Source of the DNA: Scyliorhinus canicula
Lineage: Eukaryota
Length of the DNA: 64,000 nucleotides
Assembly: GCF_902713615.1 (NCBI RefSeq)
Contig: NC_052154.1
Coordinates: forward strand, 6,449,784 to 6,513,783
Direction: 5' to 3'
Positions 24,513-37,140 of this stretch are shown here, piece after piece. The translations under genes and the position numbers were made by a program. Positions within the stretch are counted from its first letter, which is position 1, and the number at the start of each line of letters is the position of its first letter. Below the pieces are notes generated by a model that saw only the letters and a program-made list of their open reading frames with translations, was not told where the DNA came from and did not search any database.

Positions 24513-26743
24513 AAAGTTCAACATCAGCTTTGGGCTTTGTTATTCCAAGAGTCTTAGTGGCAATAGGAAATACGGCTGGGGGTCAGCACCTCTTCAGGTA
24601 GAGTTGTTCTGTCGCCAACTCTTTCATCGGATGCTGTGTGTCTGCCAATTGCTGAGTTTTCAGTTCAGCATTCTCTGTCAGGTCTTCTCCAATTCTTGCT
24701 TAATTTCAACATGTTGAAGTTCCATTTGGTGCCTTTTTCTGAGGTATTCTTCATGCCGGGCTCGAGATTACTAGCCCAGTGATATTATTACTGTGTCACC
24801 ATCTCCCCCGAACATTTGGGTGTTCCCTCATTCAGCTGAGCACATAGACAGCGAGGGGTTGAGAAAGGGCATCAGGACAAGAGTGGAAGATCGGGCACCA
24901 AATCAGCCTTTGCCACTGTTTGATGTCACAGCCTGCCCACTTTGTACACTCCAGCATGGGCATGGCATGCCCAAAGAGGCATCGTTGCAAATCGCAGTCC
25001 ATGGCATAAGTGGTTGGAATCAGGCCGGCTGACTTTCTTCAGAACTTCAGGCTTTCTTCACAACAGTGGTGCCCCGAAGCTCACTTTTGTTGCTATGTTG
25101 TTGGGGCAAGGTCGAGGGAAACCCACCCTGTGTCTGGCTCTCATATACCTGATCTGGTGCTCACAAAGGGGACATTAAATCAGAAACACTCCTTTCCCCA
25201 GCACCAAATCCCTTCAACTCAATGAAGAGAGTTGAGGATGGGAAAAAGGAAAAAGGGTAATTGAGCATGAAAATGTAGAGAATTCAAATTGCGACTGAGG
25301 GAAAATAATCCTCATCCTTGTTTTCAATGTCCACTTGCCTCCCTATCTCTGTAATCTCCTCCAGCCCTTCAACCCCCTCCAATCTTGGTATCTCGCACAT
25401 TCCCAATTATAACACTGCGTTGTTTAAAAAACATTATTTATTCCATTCTTAAAGTTACAAAGAGAATGTCCATCACGGACCCGGCGATTCCCACACCGTT
25501 TTCCCATTGTTCTGCAGTGTCCCACCCGGTGCCGGTGCTAGCCCCTGACCGGTAGCGGAATCGGTGCGGGTTTGCCGCCGATTGGTCTGAAGTGGAACTC
25601 CACGGATCCTCCATTGGCGTCAGCACTAGAGAGACGTAGCAAGGTCCAAGCTGACAAGAAAACAATTGCCGCAGATCTTGGGTTTAGTGGTGGCCGTGCC
25701 TTCAGCTGCTGGCTCTGAAGCTCTGGAGTTCTCTTCCTACACCTCTCAGCCTTCCTATTACGTATTTTCTCTTCATGACCTAAAAGATCTGTTTAAGCTG
25801 CACGCAGAAAAATACTTTTATACTGTGTCTCGGCACACGTGACAAGAAACAAATCCAGTCCAATCCAAAAACTCTCTCTCCTCCTTTAAGCGACCCTTCA
25901 AATCCTCTTTGACCCTCGTCTACTCAAACATCCCCCTCTTGTGACTCCGTGTCAAATGTTGTCTGCTCATGTTCATGTGAAGCGTGACGGGGCATTTCAC
26001 TGTGTTAAAGGCATCAATTAATTAATGATGTTAATTAAATGCCAATTGTTGCACAGTGGTGGTGGGAAGGCATGACTACTGAGTCCTGGGAGGGACTGGT
26101 GTGTGACCATATCAGCTTAACTTGGAGTCAAATGAGGGTTGAGTGTTTGGCCTGATTCGCACAGTTAGTGCTGACCGAGAAATAACCCTTCGCAGAATAA
26201 ACTTTGTCTCTCCCTACAATGAAAACAGTGTAAACCACAGCCTTATACAATAACCATTAAACCAGCCCCGAGCTATCAAACTGTAGAAAGAAATATATTA
26301 ATGCATGGCCAACACAATTAACACCTTTAATCTATTTTACCAGAAACTCTTGGCAATCAATACAAAAGACTCAATCAAACAGCCCGCGGTGCCTGTGCAG
26401 AAATCTTTCCATTAAATTCTTTCTTAAAGCCAGGGACAGATAACAAAATATTTCCACAGTGAGTGTGTCATTATCTTTTGATAATGAAAAAAAAAATCTT
26501 AATCTAATTTCACAAATGCTTGGATAGGAGAGCTGCAAACGTGAAAAGAAAGAGTCTTTCTCATTCTTCCAAGGCCCCCTGAGACGATGATTGTCTTGGG
26601 GAGGACAATGTGACCTGATCTTCTTTCCATTGCCTCCTGAGGCGAAGCCTCAGCCAGTTGAAGTGCCGCAGGAGCTTCTGTTGGAGCAGCCGTCCGATAC
26701 TTGAGCAGATGTTCAATGAAAAGTTTTAGATCGACTGGGCACT

Positions 26744-26789
26744 ACGTGAAGTTACAGAGAACTTGAACGTGAAGTTACAGAGAACTTGA
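26744..26789. repeat. 23-bp tandem duplication
   Basis: ACGTGAAGTTACAGAGAACTTGA twice, perfect. Confidence 0.9.
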
Positions 26790-26855
26790 AGCAGAGAATC
26801 AAACTCTTCGACCAAAGAGGTCTCTGCTGGTATTTATGTTCCAAACAAGCTTCCC

Positions 26856-27068
26856 TGTGGTGATACGCATAAGCAGGTATGCAAATGTCAACAGATGCGA
26901 CCTCCAACCAACAGGTGGCAGTAGAGAACAACCATGTGGCAATGCAACCTCAGCAAGTCTGGAGATAGTCGTCGTAGTGGATAGTCGCCTTTGCAATAGC
27001 TCTTAGATAATTTTATAATAGTGCTTTAATAGTTAGTGGTTTTAGTAGTTTTCATATCGTTATCTGAC
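26856..27068 (+). mobile_element. Partial LTR
   Basis: Starts TGTGGTGATACGCA, like the LTR start at 17016; no clear 3' end. Confidence 0.5.
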
Positions 27069-27787
27069 AATATCGGACACTAAATGTCCTTGAGTGCACT
27101 AATTCGACCCGGCCAAGCACCAGAATATAACACTTCTCTCACTTCACTTCATCTCACTTTATCAGAGAATCCCATCTCGTCCTTTCTACTTACCTGGATG
27201 AGTGCAGCTCCAAAAACATTCAAGAAGCTCATCACCATCCAAGACAGAGCCGTCCACTTGATCGGCATCACCTCCACCGCCTTAATCATCCATTCCCTCC
27301 AGCACTGAAGCATAGATCACATAGAAGGTAAGAGCAGGAGGAGGCCTTTTGGCCCTTCGAGCCTGCTCCGCCATTTATCACGATCATGGCTGATCATCCA
27401 AGATTGATGGCAACAGAGTGCATCATCTACAAGATGCACTGCAGCAACTCACCAGCATAAGAACGGAAGGAATAGGAGCAGGAGGAGGCCATTCAGCCCA
27501 TCGAGCCTGCTCCGTCATTCAATAAGGCCATGGCTGGTCTGATTGTGGCCTCAACTGCACTTGCCTGCCTGCCTGCTCGCACCTTTGATCCCTTGTCTAT
27601 CAAATAGCTGTGTGATTCAGCCCTTGAAAATATTCAATGACCTGGCCTCCACTGGTCTCTGGGGAAAAAAAATATTTTTACACCCGCCTCAAATGCCTCG
27701 ATATCCTTTCAGTAACATGGAACACAGAACTCTCAACAAGACTCTACGGTTTGAATGTTTCACTGAGATTCACTATGGACACATGAT

Positions 27788-29946
27788 GGGCACGATTCCC
27801 CGGAAATATTTCTCAGTTCAGTGTTTAGTTCAATATTTCAGTTCAGCGGGCTTTTCAGGCCGAGTCGACGAGTTCCCCACTGCTATTCAATGACACTTCA
27901 TTTTTTTCGGGATTCTCTGGCCGCCCCTTGTCCGTGGCAATCTTGCACCAGGAGGGACGGAAGAATCCAGCCCTTAGAATTTTTTTCCGCGCTGGGGTGC
28001 TGAATTCAGAGATCGGGCCGCCATTTCGAAAGAGTGCCCCGTTCTCTAAGTGAGCTTGTGGGTCCACCTGATCCATGGGCAATATCAACCCCCCCTTCAC
28101 ACATGGACACTGCCCTACATCCCCCCCCAGGTGAGGACACCCTACTATGGGGTCTCTGGGGGCTCTTGAAGCCCCCCCAAGTCCCTTACTGCATGCACCA
28201 CCTCACTTCTAGGACCCGTGCCCGTCACCCTCAACCACTTGGAGGCCCCTGCTTACCTGCCTTGCACACCCCAACCCTTCAAAACCCCTTCCACTCTCCT
28301 TTCATGGGCATGGCCCCCCTCAGCCACTGACCCATCGAAGTGCCACCCTTGAGCTGCCATCCCGGCACCCAGACAGTGCTCCTGCTGGCTTGGCAATGCC
28401 ATCAGGCACCTTGGCTGTGCCAGCGTGGCAGGGCCAAAGTGCCAGCTGGGCAGTGTCAAGGTGCCCTCATTCCTGGGGGCAGGGGCAGGGAGCCACCCTG
28501 CACCTACCCTGACCACCCAGGGGTCTCCAATGCCTCAGGAGACCCCTCCCCCCAGGGGCCGTTCCGTCTGGTGCATGTTTGTGTGGACCCGTGCTGATTG
28601 GCGCCCGGTTGCAGTCTCATTGGGGAGGCCAGAGAATCGAGGGAGGCCTGGCGAATGCCGGGACGTTCACCAAAGCCATGTTAAAAACTGGCTTTGGCAC
28701 GTTCCGTTTGGTCACGCCCCTGTGGGAGAGACTCGGACTCACGACGCCTCCCGGGATTTGGGTGAGAGGGCTCTCCTGGCATTCACCGGCCACACCGTGC
28801 TCAAGGGAGAGCGCATCGTGGTCGTGGAGCGCGCCCTTTGTGTTGCTAACCTCTTGCTCCAGGTGTGTAATGGTACCTTGCAGAGATGAGGAGACCATTA
28901 GCACGACAACAGGATTTTTTTAGAATTCTTGGCCGGAATTCTCTGGCCGTTGAGATTCTCTTTTCCCTCCGGCAGCGCACCCCCGCCCGTGGGGTTCCTG
29001 GCAGCGTGAGGTGTCTTCAATGGGCAATCCCATTAGCGGGAGTAGAGAATCCTGCCTCCAGGGAACGGCTCACCGCCGAGTAAGCCACGGCTGGGGGGGG
29101 GGGAACCGGAGAATTCTGCCCGGAATTTCTGATTTCTCATGTTAATAAATAAGCTCGCTAACAAATAGGTACACCGATTTACCACAAATAATTAATATTA
29201 GTTGCATGTGCACATGTTCATACCAGCCATGGCTAAGAGCAAATTTTGATGCTCAGCAATCAGTGGAGTTTATGAGCATGTTTGTACCCATCCTATCATA
29301 GATATTAAACATATAGGGGGCTGGATTCTCTGCCCAGTCTGAGGCGTAATCGTGGCTGGCGCGGGGGCGGAGAACCCACTTTCACGCCGAAATCGGGCCC
29401 GACACCAGTCCGGCGATTTTACGATCGCGGAGTACTCGGCGTGGCTGGGGGCCATTGACCGAGGCGCGCCCAGCGATCCTCAACTTGCGACCGGCCAAGT
29501 TCCTGACGGCGTGGAACTAATCTTCTATTGCCGGTCGGGATGCTGGTGGGGAGCGGGGTGATCGGACACCAGGTGTGGGTGGGGGGCCTTATAGGTGGCT
29601 GGGGGACAGATTGGCGGGGCTAGATCTTCGGGTGGGCGGCCGATCGGGGGGGGGGGGGGGGGGGGAGGGCGGGGGGCTCTAATTTGTCTCTCTGCCTCCG
29701 CGGTCTGAGTCCGCCACGCGCTCGCCACGGTCACTGGAGACCGCTGCCGTGCGGAAGCGCAAACTCAAAACCGGAAGTGCGGGGGGCCCGTATCCGCAGC
29801 TAAAGCTGCGTGAATTACTCCAGGTCCTGCTAGCCCCCTTCAGGGCTGTGAATTGGCTCCTTTTCCCCCCCGGAATCTTCAGAGTAAAACACCAGCGTTT
29901 TTACGGTGGCGTGGGGACATAGTCCCATTTTGGCAGACTCCAGCCC
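27788..29946. mobile_element. Cluster of Harbinger-like MITEs (about 27788-28930, 28931-29122, 29317-29946)
   Basis: Repeated GGGC..GATTCTC / GAGAAT..GCCC-type termini and GC-rich interiors. Confidence 0.6.
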
Positions 29947-30914
29947 GTGGTGTGCCTGGGAATCACACAAGTGCCAATTAAGATTCCCTTATGAAAGTAG
30001 CAGATGCAATGCACTACGCCTGTAGTGTCTCCTACGTCCAGCATGCATTGCTGCAACTTGCCATGACATCTTTGACAGCACCTTCTAAACCCAACCCACA
30101 AACAAGAAGGCGAAATGAAACAGCTGTATGGGAAACCACTCGCCAACACGTTCCCCTCCAAGTCATGCACAACATCACAGGGTGGATGTAACTTGGCCGT
30201 TCCTTCAACATCGCTGGATCAAAATCTTGGAACACCTATTATTTCTCCAGGATTACGACAGGTGATTGGTAATAAATAGGCACGGGAAGGATACTTCCAT
30301 GAAGTATGAGGGATAATTGCAACACTGCCTTTTCAGAAAAAAACAGGGAAGAAACTGTCGGGAAGGGAATGCGAATGTGCCTTTAAAGAAGTAGACAGGA
30401 GCTTATCCGTGGAATGGAGCAATCAGTCATTTTCCAGTGCAGTCCATTAGCCACGACACTTTACAACGTGGAGAATTTTGCTGTCAGTAATCTTTTCGAG
30501 AAAATCATTGACAGGATTTATCTTGGCAATGCTGCTTCACATTAACTGCTGACTGCAATATGCTTCTGCTCCTCAGAACGTTAAACATTTTTTAATTGCT
30601 CGACAATAGCTTTCCAATAGTTAATGAGGACTAATTTCTTCATGAAGTCAGATGCCAATAATCTTGGTACAATAGCAAAATACTGTAGACGCTGAAAATG
30701 CTGGAAATATTCAGCAGATCTGAAAGCATCTGTGGGGAGAGAAATAGAGTTAATGGTATATAAAGATGCACTCTCATTTGTGAACACAAAAAGTGTTTAT
30801 TAATGAGAGCTGTACAGCAGCCAAATGGCTGTGGGTGGCTTGCAAAATGTCTCTGCCTACTAGCCTTTCACACCATGGGTTGATTCCACATACTGAGTCC
30901 CGATTGGTCACCCA

Positions 30915-31285
30915 TGTAATGTTCTTGTTGGATGGCCTGATTTATTACAAGAACACTTTTGGCTTAAGCTAGAAACGATTTATTAACATAACTGTGGGTA
31001 AACTATCTAGAACAAAGAACAATACAGCACAGGAACAGGCCCTTCGGCCCTTCCAGCCTGTACCGGTCATGACACCACCCTTGGCCAAAACCCGAAAGAA
31101 CAAACAACAGTACAGCACAATATATGAAACAATGGATTAATAACGGTAAAATCAAGAACAAACAACCTCTCTCTTCAGCTTCCTCCAGCCAGTCTGAGGT
31201 CAGCTGACATTAACATTCACTTATATACTAGTGAGACTCCTAGTGGTCAGTCGGTGAGTTACAGTACAACAATGATATCTCTACA
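30915..31285 (-). mobile_element. Solo LTR with an inserted CR1-tail fragment (about 31010-31110)
   Basis: TG...CA, TSD ACCCA (30910-30914, 31286-31290); same family as 54814-55061. Confidence 0.85.
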
Positions 31286-33689
31286 ACCCAGGCCAGGTGA
31301 CCCTTATTCTGCTGTGTTGCCCTGACAGGGACAAAAATAACCTCATGGTGTGAGGTTTATAGGGTGAGGAGCGTATTGTTTACACTCCGCCCTCATCGCA
31401 AAAATCAGTCACCATCTGACTGACTTAAAAAAAGGACATGCCGCAGCAATAGCATTCTGCCAGCAGCTTAAACTAGTAGAGCCTGGGAATTCTGCCTCTC
31501 AATGGGAGCGGTCCCACTTTTGAGAGTTGCCTGTCAATCCGGTCCGAACTCAGTAGTGGCTGGTGCTGGGATGGCCAGCCGTCCCTGGGATAGAGAGGAC
31601 ATGGCCAGCGAGGAGAAGAAAGTCTGGGGTTTTGGATGAGGAGCCCAGGGAATGGGGCAAGGTGTGTGGGGAAGGGGTCGGGTGAGCTTTGGAGGCCAGA
31701 TGGAGTTGACAGAAAGTAGGGGGTGGGGGTCACATCTTCGAGAGGGGAGTTACCCTGCGACACACGGGGTTGCCAATCCGACAAACAGAGTAACCCTCTC
31801 TCCCCTCCTTTTCAATAAAGTTGTTAAAAAAGTTACCTTTCCATCCCCCCCCCCCCCCCCCCCCCCCCCCCCACCACCACCACCACCACCACCACCTCCA
31901 CCTCACTGTCCAGAATATTATGGTCAGAATTCTCCGGCCGTGGCGATTCACTTTTCCCGCCAGCAGTGCATCCCCACCCCTGGGTTTCCCGGCGGCATGG
32001 GGGTGGCATCAATGGTGGCCCCATTGACACGTGGCGGTAAATGAGAATCCCACCCCAGAGAACTCTGCCCCGCCGAGAAAGACATGGCCAGAGGAGCAGA
32101 GAATCCCGACCCATGTCTGTGGAGATGGGTTGAGGACCTAATGTGGGCATTAGGCCTAAGGGCAGGTGGGCCAGCTGGCACCTTACCCATCACATCTCCC
32201 CACACATATTATAGGGGTCGGGTCGGGGGTGGGAGGGTAAATGGTGGGTTCGCCACCCACCCGACATGTTTTACAGCGGCAAAATCCAGCTCAACGTTTC
32301 ATGTTGATGATCTTTCATCGGCTGTGTCAGAGCACACTGTGCTTTTCAGAGATTCTTTAACAAACACTTCCAGGCTCATTGACATTCATCGTTTGTTTAT
32401 TGTACACCGTTCGTTACATAAAGTTGTCAACTTTTTTTTAAATCCTTGCATGGAATGTGGGCTTTGATGGCAAGTCCAGCATTCATTGCCCATCTCTAAT
32501 TGCCCTTGAACTGACCAGCTTGTGAAGCATCAACCCCATTATGTGGGTCTGGAGTGGCATGTAGGCCAGGCTAGGTAAGGATGGCAGATTTCCTTCCCTA
32601 AAGGGCATCATGGAACTGGATTTTGTTTTAATTGCTGGGAGTAGGATCATTCCCAGATTGTATTCCCACCTTTGGGGATTTGAATCCAAGGTAGCAGGGC
32701 ACTAGACGAGGCCCCAGGATTAATAGTCCTGTATCATTACCACCACGTCAGCATCTCGTCCCTAAATCTGGTTGTACATACGTCAGGTGGAGTCATCACA
32801 TGACCTTCCAGCTCCAACTCCTCCATCCCAGCGACAGTGGAGGAATGGCGATATATTTCCAAGTCAGCATGGTCAGTGACTTGGCGGGGAACTTGCAGGT
32901 GGTGGTGTTTCTATACACCTGCGAGGGTTATCCCATGACCCGAAGGCCCCACACAGTACTTGTGCCTTCTCTTATTTCAGCTGAAGAAGGGTGTCTTCAC
33001 GTGAACCTTCATTTTGGGGTGCCCCCGGGTTGTCCCTCTCCTTCGGCAATGCTCACCCTCCCCCTCTAGTGGGGCTGTTGTCCCACCGATGCTGTGAGCC
33101 TCTTGTGGTCTGCTGGGTGGCAGTCCCAGAGGCAGCTTTTTAATTGGTCAGCTTCAGGAAGGTCACGACCCCCTTTCGTCCACTTGCCCTTCTCAATTCC
33201 AAGGCCTGAATTTACCCCAACACCGGGATTGATACTCTAGTGGCCCAAAATACTGTCAAACTGTGGTCATCTGCATCTTGTTTCTCCAACACAAAATGAG
33301 TGTTTGTACCGTTTGGCCTTGTATATATTTTTTACTGTTCTAATAAAAAGATATTGAAGGTGTATCTAGTTCCAGAAACTCATACAGCTTTGTGGAGCTG
33401 CCCAACAGTAGGTTAATTCCCTTCTGTGGATATTTTATCGTATCTAAAATGATGGATTACCCACCATGTCAAAAGTGAGGATTCCCCTCTGCCCTCCCTG
33501 ACCTCCCCCCCCCCCTTTCCAACCCCCGCTCTCCTCCCACCCACAACACCACAGTATTTCTGCCATTAGTCATGGATCACGACATTGCTTTGACATGCAG
33601 GTAATTAGCAATGCAAAGCAAATGCTGACTTAACCCAGGAGGGCTCACTGCTAATTTATTCTGAGCCAGTCTGCGTTACCAATGGAACT

Positions 33690-34090
33690 TGAATGAGAAG
33701 ACGGAATGGATGAATAGCACCTGCTACTATCTTGCTTATGGCCTGAAGGCATGGCTCTTTGAGATATCTGCACTATCCTGAAACACCACAGGAACACAGA
33801 TATAACGAGGCTGGTGGCTGTACAGAAAAAAGCTCTAAAGTCTGGAAATAAATGTTCCATTACATGCATCACTCTGAAGGTGCCCCGCGGTATGTTAAGA
33901 CGTTGATTGAGTGTCGCACGCTCCACAACATTGCATTCCAAAGAAGTGCCGCTCACAAGGGTGTCTGAGGGAGGTCTGAAGAAGAATTAAATCAAGGAAT
34001 CCCCCAGTTCATCTGGTGGGAAGAAGAGGAGCTGTCATCTCGGTGGCTGGGGGAAAGAAGCCATCATCACCCACAGGAGATCTTCACTGA
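33690..34090 (+). mobile_element. Degenerate PIF/Harbinger (HARBI1-like, DDE_Tnp_4) transposase C-terminal fragment
   Basis: Frameshifted pieces AYGLKAWLF / LHYPETPQEHRYNEA / MFHYMHHSEGAPRYVKTLIECRTLHNIAFQR match Harbinger GY.L..WL.TP..P.T..E.RYN.AH...RFRCLD.S.GALQY...C..LHNI. Confidence 0.7.
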
Positions 34091-34547
34091 AAAGTAAGCT
34101 GACAATTTGCAGTGTGTCAGAAAGTACCTGCTCTCTGACTGCAATCAGTACGTTTTGCATAGAGGCAACAGAATGTTTTCTTACCCTTACAGTACGTATT
34201 CCAATTAAATAATTAAATAGCAAGCATTGCCATCCGTGTGTGTGTGTGTGTTCTGTTCCAAAAACAGGTAGAGGCGGCACAGCGGTTTACCGTCGGGAGG
34301 GAGTTGCCCTGGGAGTCCTCAACATCAACTCTGGACCCCATGAAGCCTCACGCATCTGATCAAACATGGGCAAGGAACTGTCCTGCTGGTCATAGAAACA
34401 TGGGATTTACAGTGCAGAAGGAGGCCATCCGGCCCATCGACTCTCCACCGACTGCGGTTTTAGTTTAGGCAGGTACCATGGTCGGCCGAAGGGCCTATTC
34501 CTGTGCTGCACTGTTTTTTTGTTCTTTGTTCTTTGTACGGTCACCCT

Positions 34548-34830
34548 TGTTATGGACCAGGGTTTAGAGAACACCAAAGTATATCATGGAGCTCACCTGC
34601 CCCACAACTGATTATAGATTTTGATTACGATGAGCACAAGGGTCTACCTTTTGGGTATTATTCAACAGAGGCCTTAAGCACTTTTAATCAAAAACAAAGT
34701 TTATTCTATGAATTCAGTTAACATTTCTATAAACACACACAGTAAGCATTTTCATCAACTACAAACATAAATACCCCACCCAGCTACAGTACTATATATA
34801 TATAACCCTTACTAACTTTCCTTTCCTGAC
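34548..34830 (-). mobile_element. Partial LTR
   Basis: TGTTATGG start and reverse AATAAA near 34700; other end not found. Confidence 0.45.
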
Positions 34831-34931
34831 TAAGGGCATGGCAAGTTTGGAGCACAAGTCCTCAGTACTATTGCCGGAATGTTGCCAGGGTCCATGGCCT
34901 TTGCAACATCCAGGCCTTCAGCTGCTTCTGT

Positions 34932-35220
34932 AGGTAGCACAGTGGCACAGGGTTTAGCACTGCTACCTCATGGTACCAAAGAACCGGACTCGATTCTGGC
35001 CTTGGGTGACGGTGTGTGTGAAGTTTGCAGGCACTCCCCTTGCCTGCGTGGATTTTCTCTGGGTGCTCCGGTTTCCTCCCGCAGTCCAAAGATGCGTAGG
35101 TTAGGTGGGGTTACGGGTTAGGGCAGGGGAGTTGGCCAAGATAGGATGCTCTCTTGGGGGGGGGGGTCGGTGCAGACTCGATGGGATGAATGGCCTCCTT
35201 CAACACTGTAGTGATTCAAT
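34932..35220 (+). mobile_element. HE1-like SINE, diverged
   Basis: tRNA-like head, V body, CR1-type tail. Confidence 0.8.
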
Positions 35221-35239
35221 TCGATGCATTCTTGCTATC

Positions 35240-35580
35240 ACGTGGAGTGAATCGAATTGGCTGAAGATTGTGATCCTGGGGACCCCAGGAGGAGACCGAG
35301 ATGGATCATCCACCTGACACTTTAGGCTGAAGATTCTTGCGCATTCTTCAGCCTTGTCTTTTGCATTGATGTGCTGGGCTCCCGTCACTGAGGACGGGAT
35401 AGTTACGGAGCCTCCTCCTTCAGTCAGTTGTCCACCACCATTCACGACTGGGTGTGGCAGGACTGCAGAGCTTAGATCTGATTCGTTGGTTCTGAAATCG
35501 CTTTGCTCTGTCTATCATTTGTTTGGCATGCAAGTCGTCCTGTGTTGTAGCTTCATCAAGTTGACACCTCATCTTCAGCT
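35240..35580 (-). mobile_element. RTE-X-like LINE ORF2 fragment
   Basis: HINAKDKAEECARIFSLKCQVDDPSRSPPGVPRIT resembles the linker preceding RT; related 3' pieces at about 27190-27455, 29990-30240, 40380-40740 and 55130-55270. Confidence 0.55.
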
Positions 35581-35934
35581 GCTTGTTAGGTGAATTGCTG
35601 ATTTTGAATTCACACTCCGTGTACCCGAGCAGGCGCCGGAGTGTGGCGACTAGGGGATTTTCACAGTAACGTCATGGCAGTGTTAACGTAAGCCTACGTG
35701 CACACTAATACAGATTATTATTATTGAGTGGGGCAGGTTTCCTTCCCCTCAGGGACCTCAGTTGAACCCATTGCGATTTCAGGCCAACCCGACAGTTTGA
35801 TGGTCACTTTTATTAATCCCAGTTTTTTCCCCCTCATGATTTGTTGCGCCGTTACATTCAAATTTTGAAGTAGTTGTGGTGGTAATTGAACTCAGGCTCT
35901 CTGGAATTTTAGTCCAGTTTTCTTGCCCAATAAC

Positions 35935-36164
35935 TGATGTACCATCAATGACCACGAGACGAGAATGGTGAAACAATCGAGGCTTTATTGAACAAGATGC
36001 TGTGCCTCCCGCAACTGGAAACAGAATGGAAGCAGCGCAGGAGAGCACACACTTTTATACGCCGTCTGCTGGGCGGAGCCAGCAGGCGGGCATTTACCGT
36101 CATACCTGGAACATACAGGCAGTGCCGTAATACATACAATGTAAAACGAGTGGTGTTTACCACA
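35935..36164 (-). mobile_element. Solo Gypsy-type LTR (230 bp)
   Basis: TG...CA, TSD ATAAC (35930-35934, 36165-36169); resembles the LTR at 62187. Confidence 0.9.
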
Positions 36165-36264
36165 ATAACACAACTGCTACACGACCCCATCAGGTCAGAT
36201 CTGGAGATTTGGATGGGGGAGGGGTGCGAGCCGGCAGTTGGAATTTCTGAAAGATGGGTTCAAT

Positions 36265-37140
36265 CTGTTGATTATTCTCTGGAACATCCAGGTCCCTTTG
36301 TACTTCAACATTTCCCAATGTGTCACAACGAATTCTGCTTTTCATAGATTTCATAGAATTCACAGTGCAGAAGGAGGCCATTCGGCCCATCGAGTCTGCA
36401 CCGGCTCTTGGAAAGAGCACCCTACCCAAGCACATACCTCTACCCTATCCCTATAACCCAGTAACCCCACCCAACACTAAGGGCAATTTGGACCCTGAGG
36501 GCAATTTAGCCTGGCCAATTCACTTAACCTGCACATCTTTGGACTGTGGGAGGAAACCGGAGCACCCGGAGGAAACCCACGCAGGCAAGGGGAGAACGTG
36601 CAGACTCGGCACAGACAGTGACACAAGCCGGGAATCGAACCTGGGACCCTGGAGCTGTGAAGCATTTGTGCTAACCACTATGCTACCGTGCTGCCCTATT
36701 GAAGTGGATTATTTCACATTGATCCATGTTATCCTGTGTCTTCCAGGTTTGCCGCCTGGATTCTCCGATCGGCGACACTGAAATCGCGTTCGCCGATTAG
36801 CTTCTTAAGACATGCCCTCCAGTCCAGGCAGAATCCTGGTAAATTGCCTCTGCACCCTCACCAAAGCATTCCTATAATGAGGCGACCAGAACTGGACACA
36901 ATATTCCAAGTGTGGTCTAACCAGGGTTTTATAAAGCTGCAGTAAAACCTCGCGGCTCTTAAAACTCAATCCCCCTGTTAATGAAAGCCAGCACACCCTA
37001 CGCTTTCTTAACAACCCTATCAACCTGGATGGCAACTTTGAGGGATAAATGTACGTGGACCCCAAGATCCCTCTGTTCCTTCACACTTCCAAGAATCCTG
37101 CCTTTAACCCTGTATTTAGCATTCAAATTTGACCTTCTAA
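36265..37140 (-). mobile_element. CR1 fragment(s) with an HE1-like SINE (36343-36696, -)
   Basis: LLQLYKTLVRPHLEYCVQFWSPH peptide; full-length SINE. Confidence 0.85.

Noticed and set aside
31652-32150. Poly-Pro/His/Gly ORFs
   Set aside because: Produced by the poly(C) and (CAC)n tract.
33651-33956. 101-aa minus-strand ORF
   Set aside because: Antisense to the Harbinger transposase relic.
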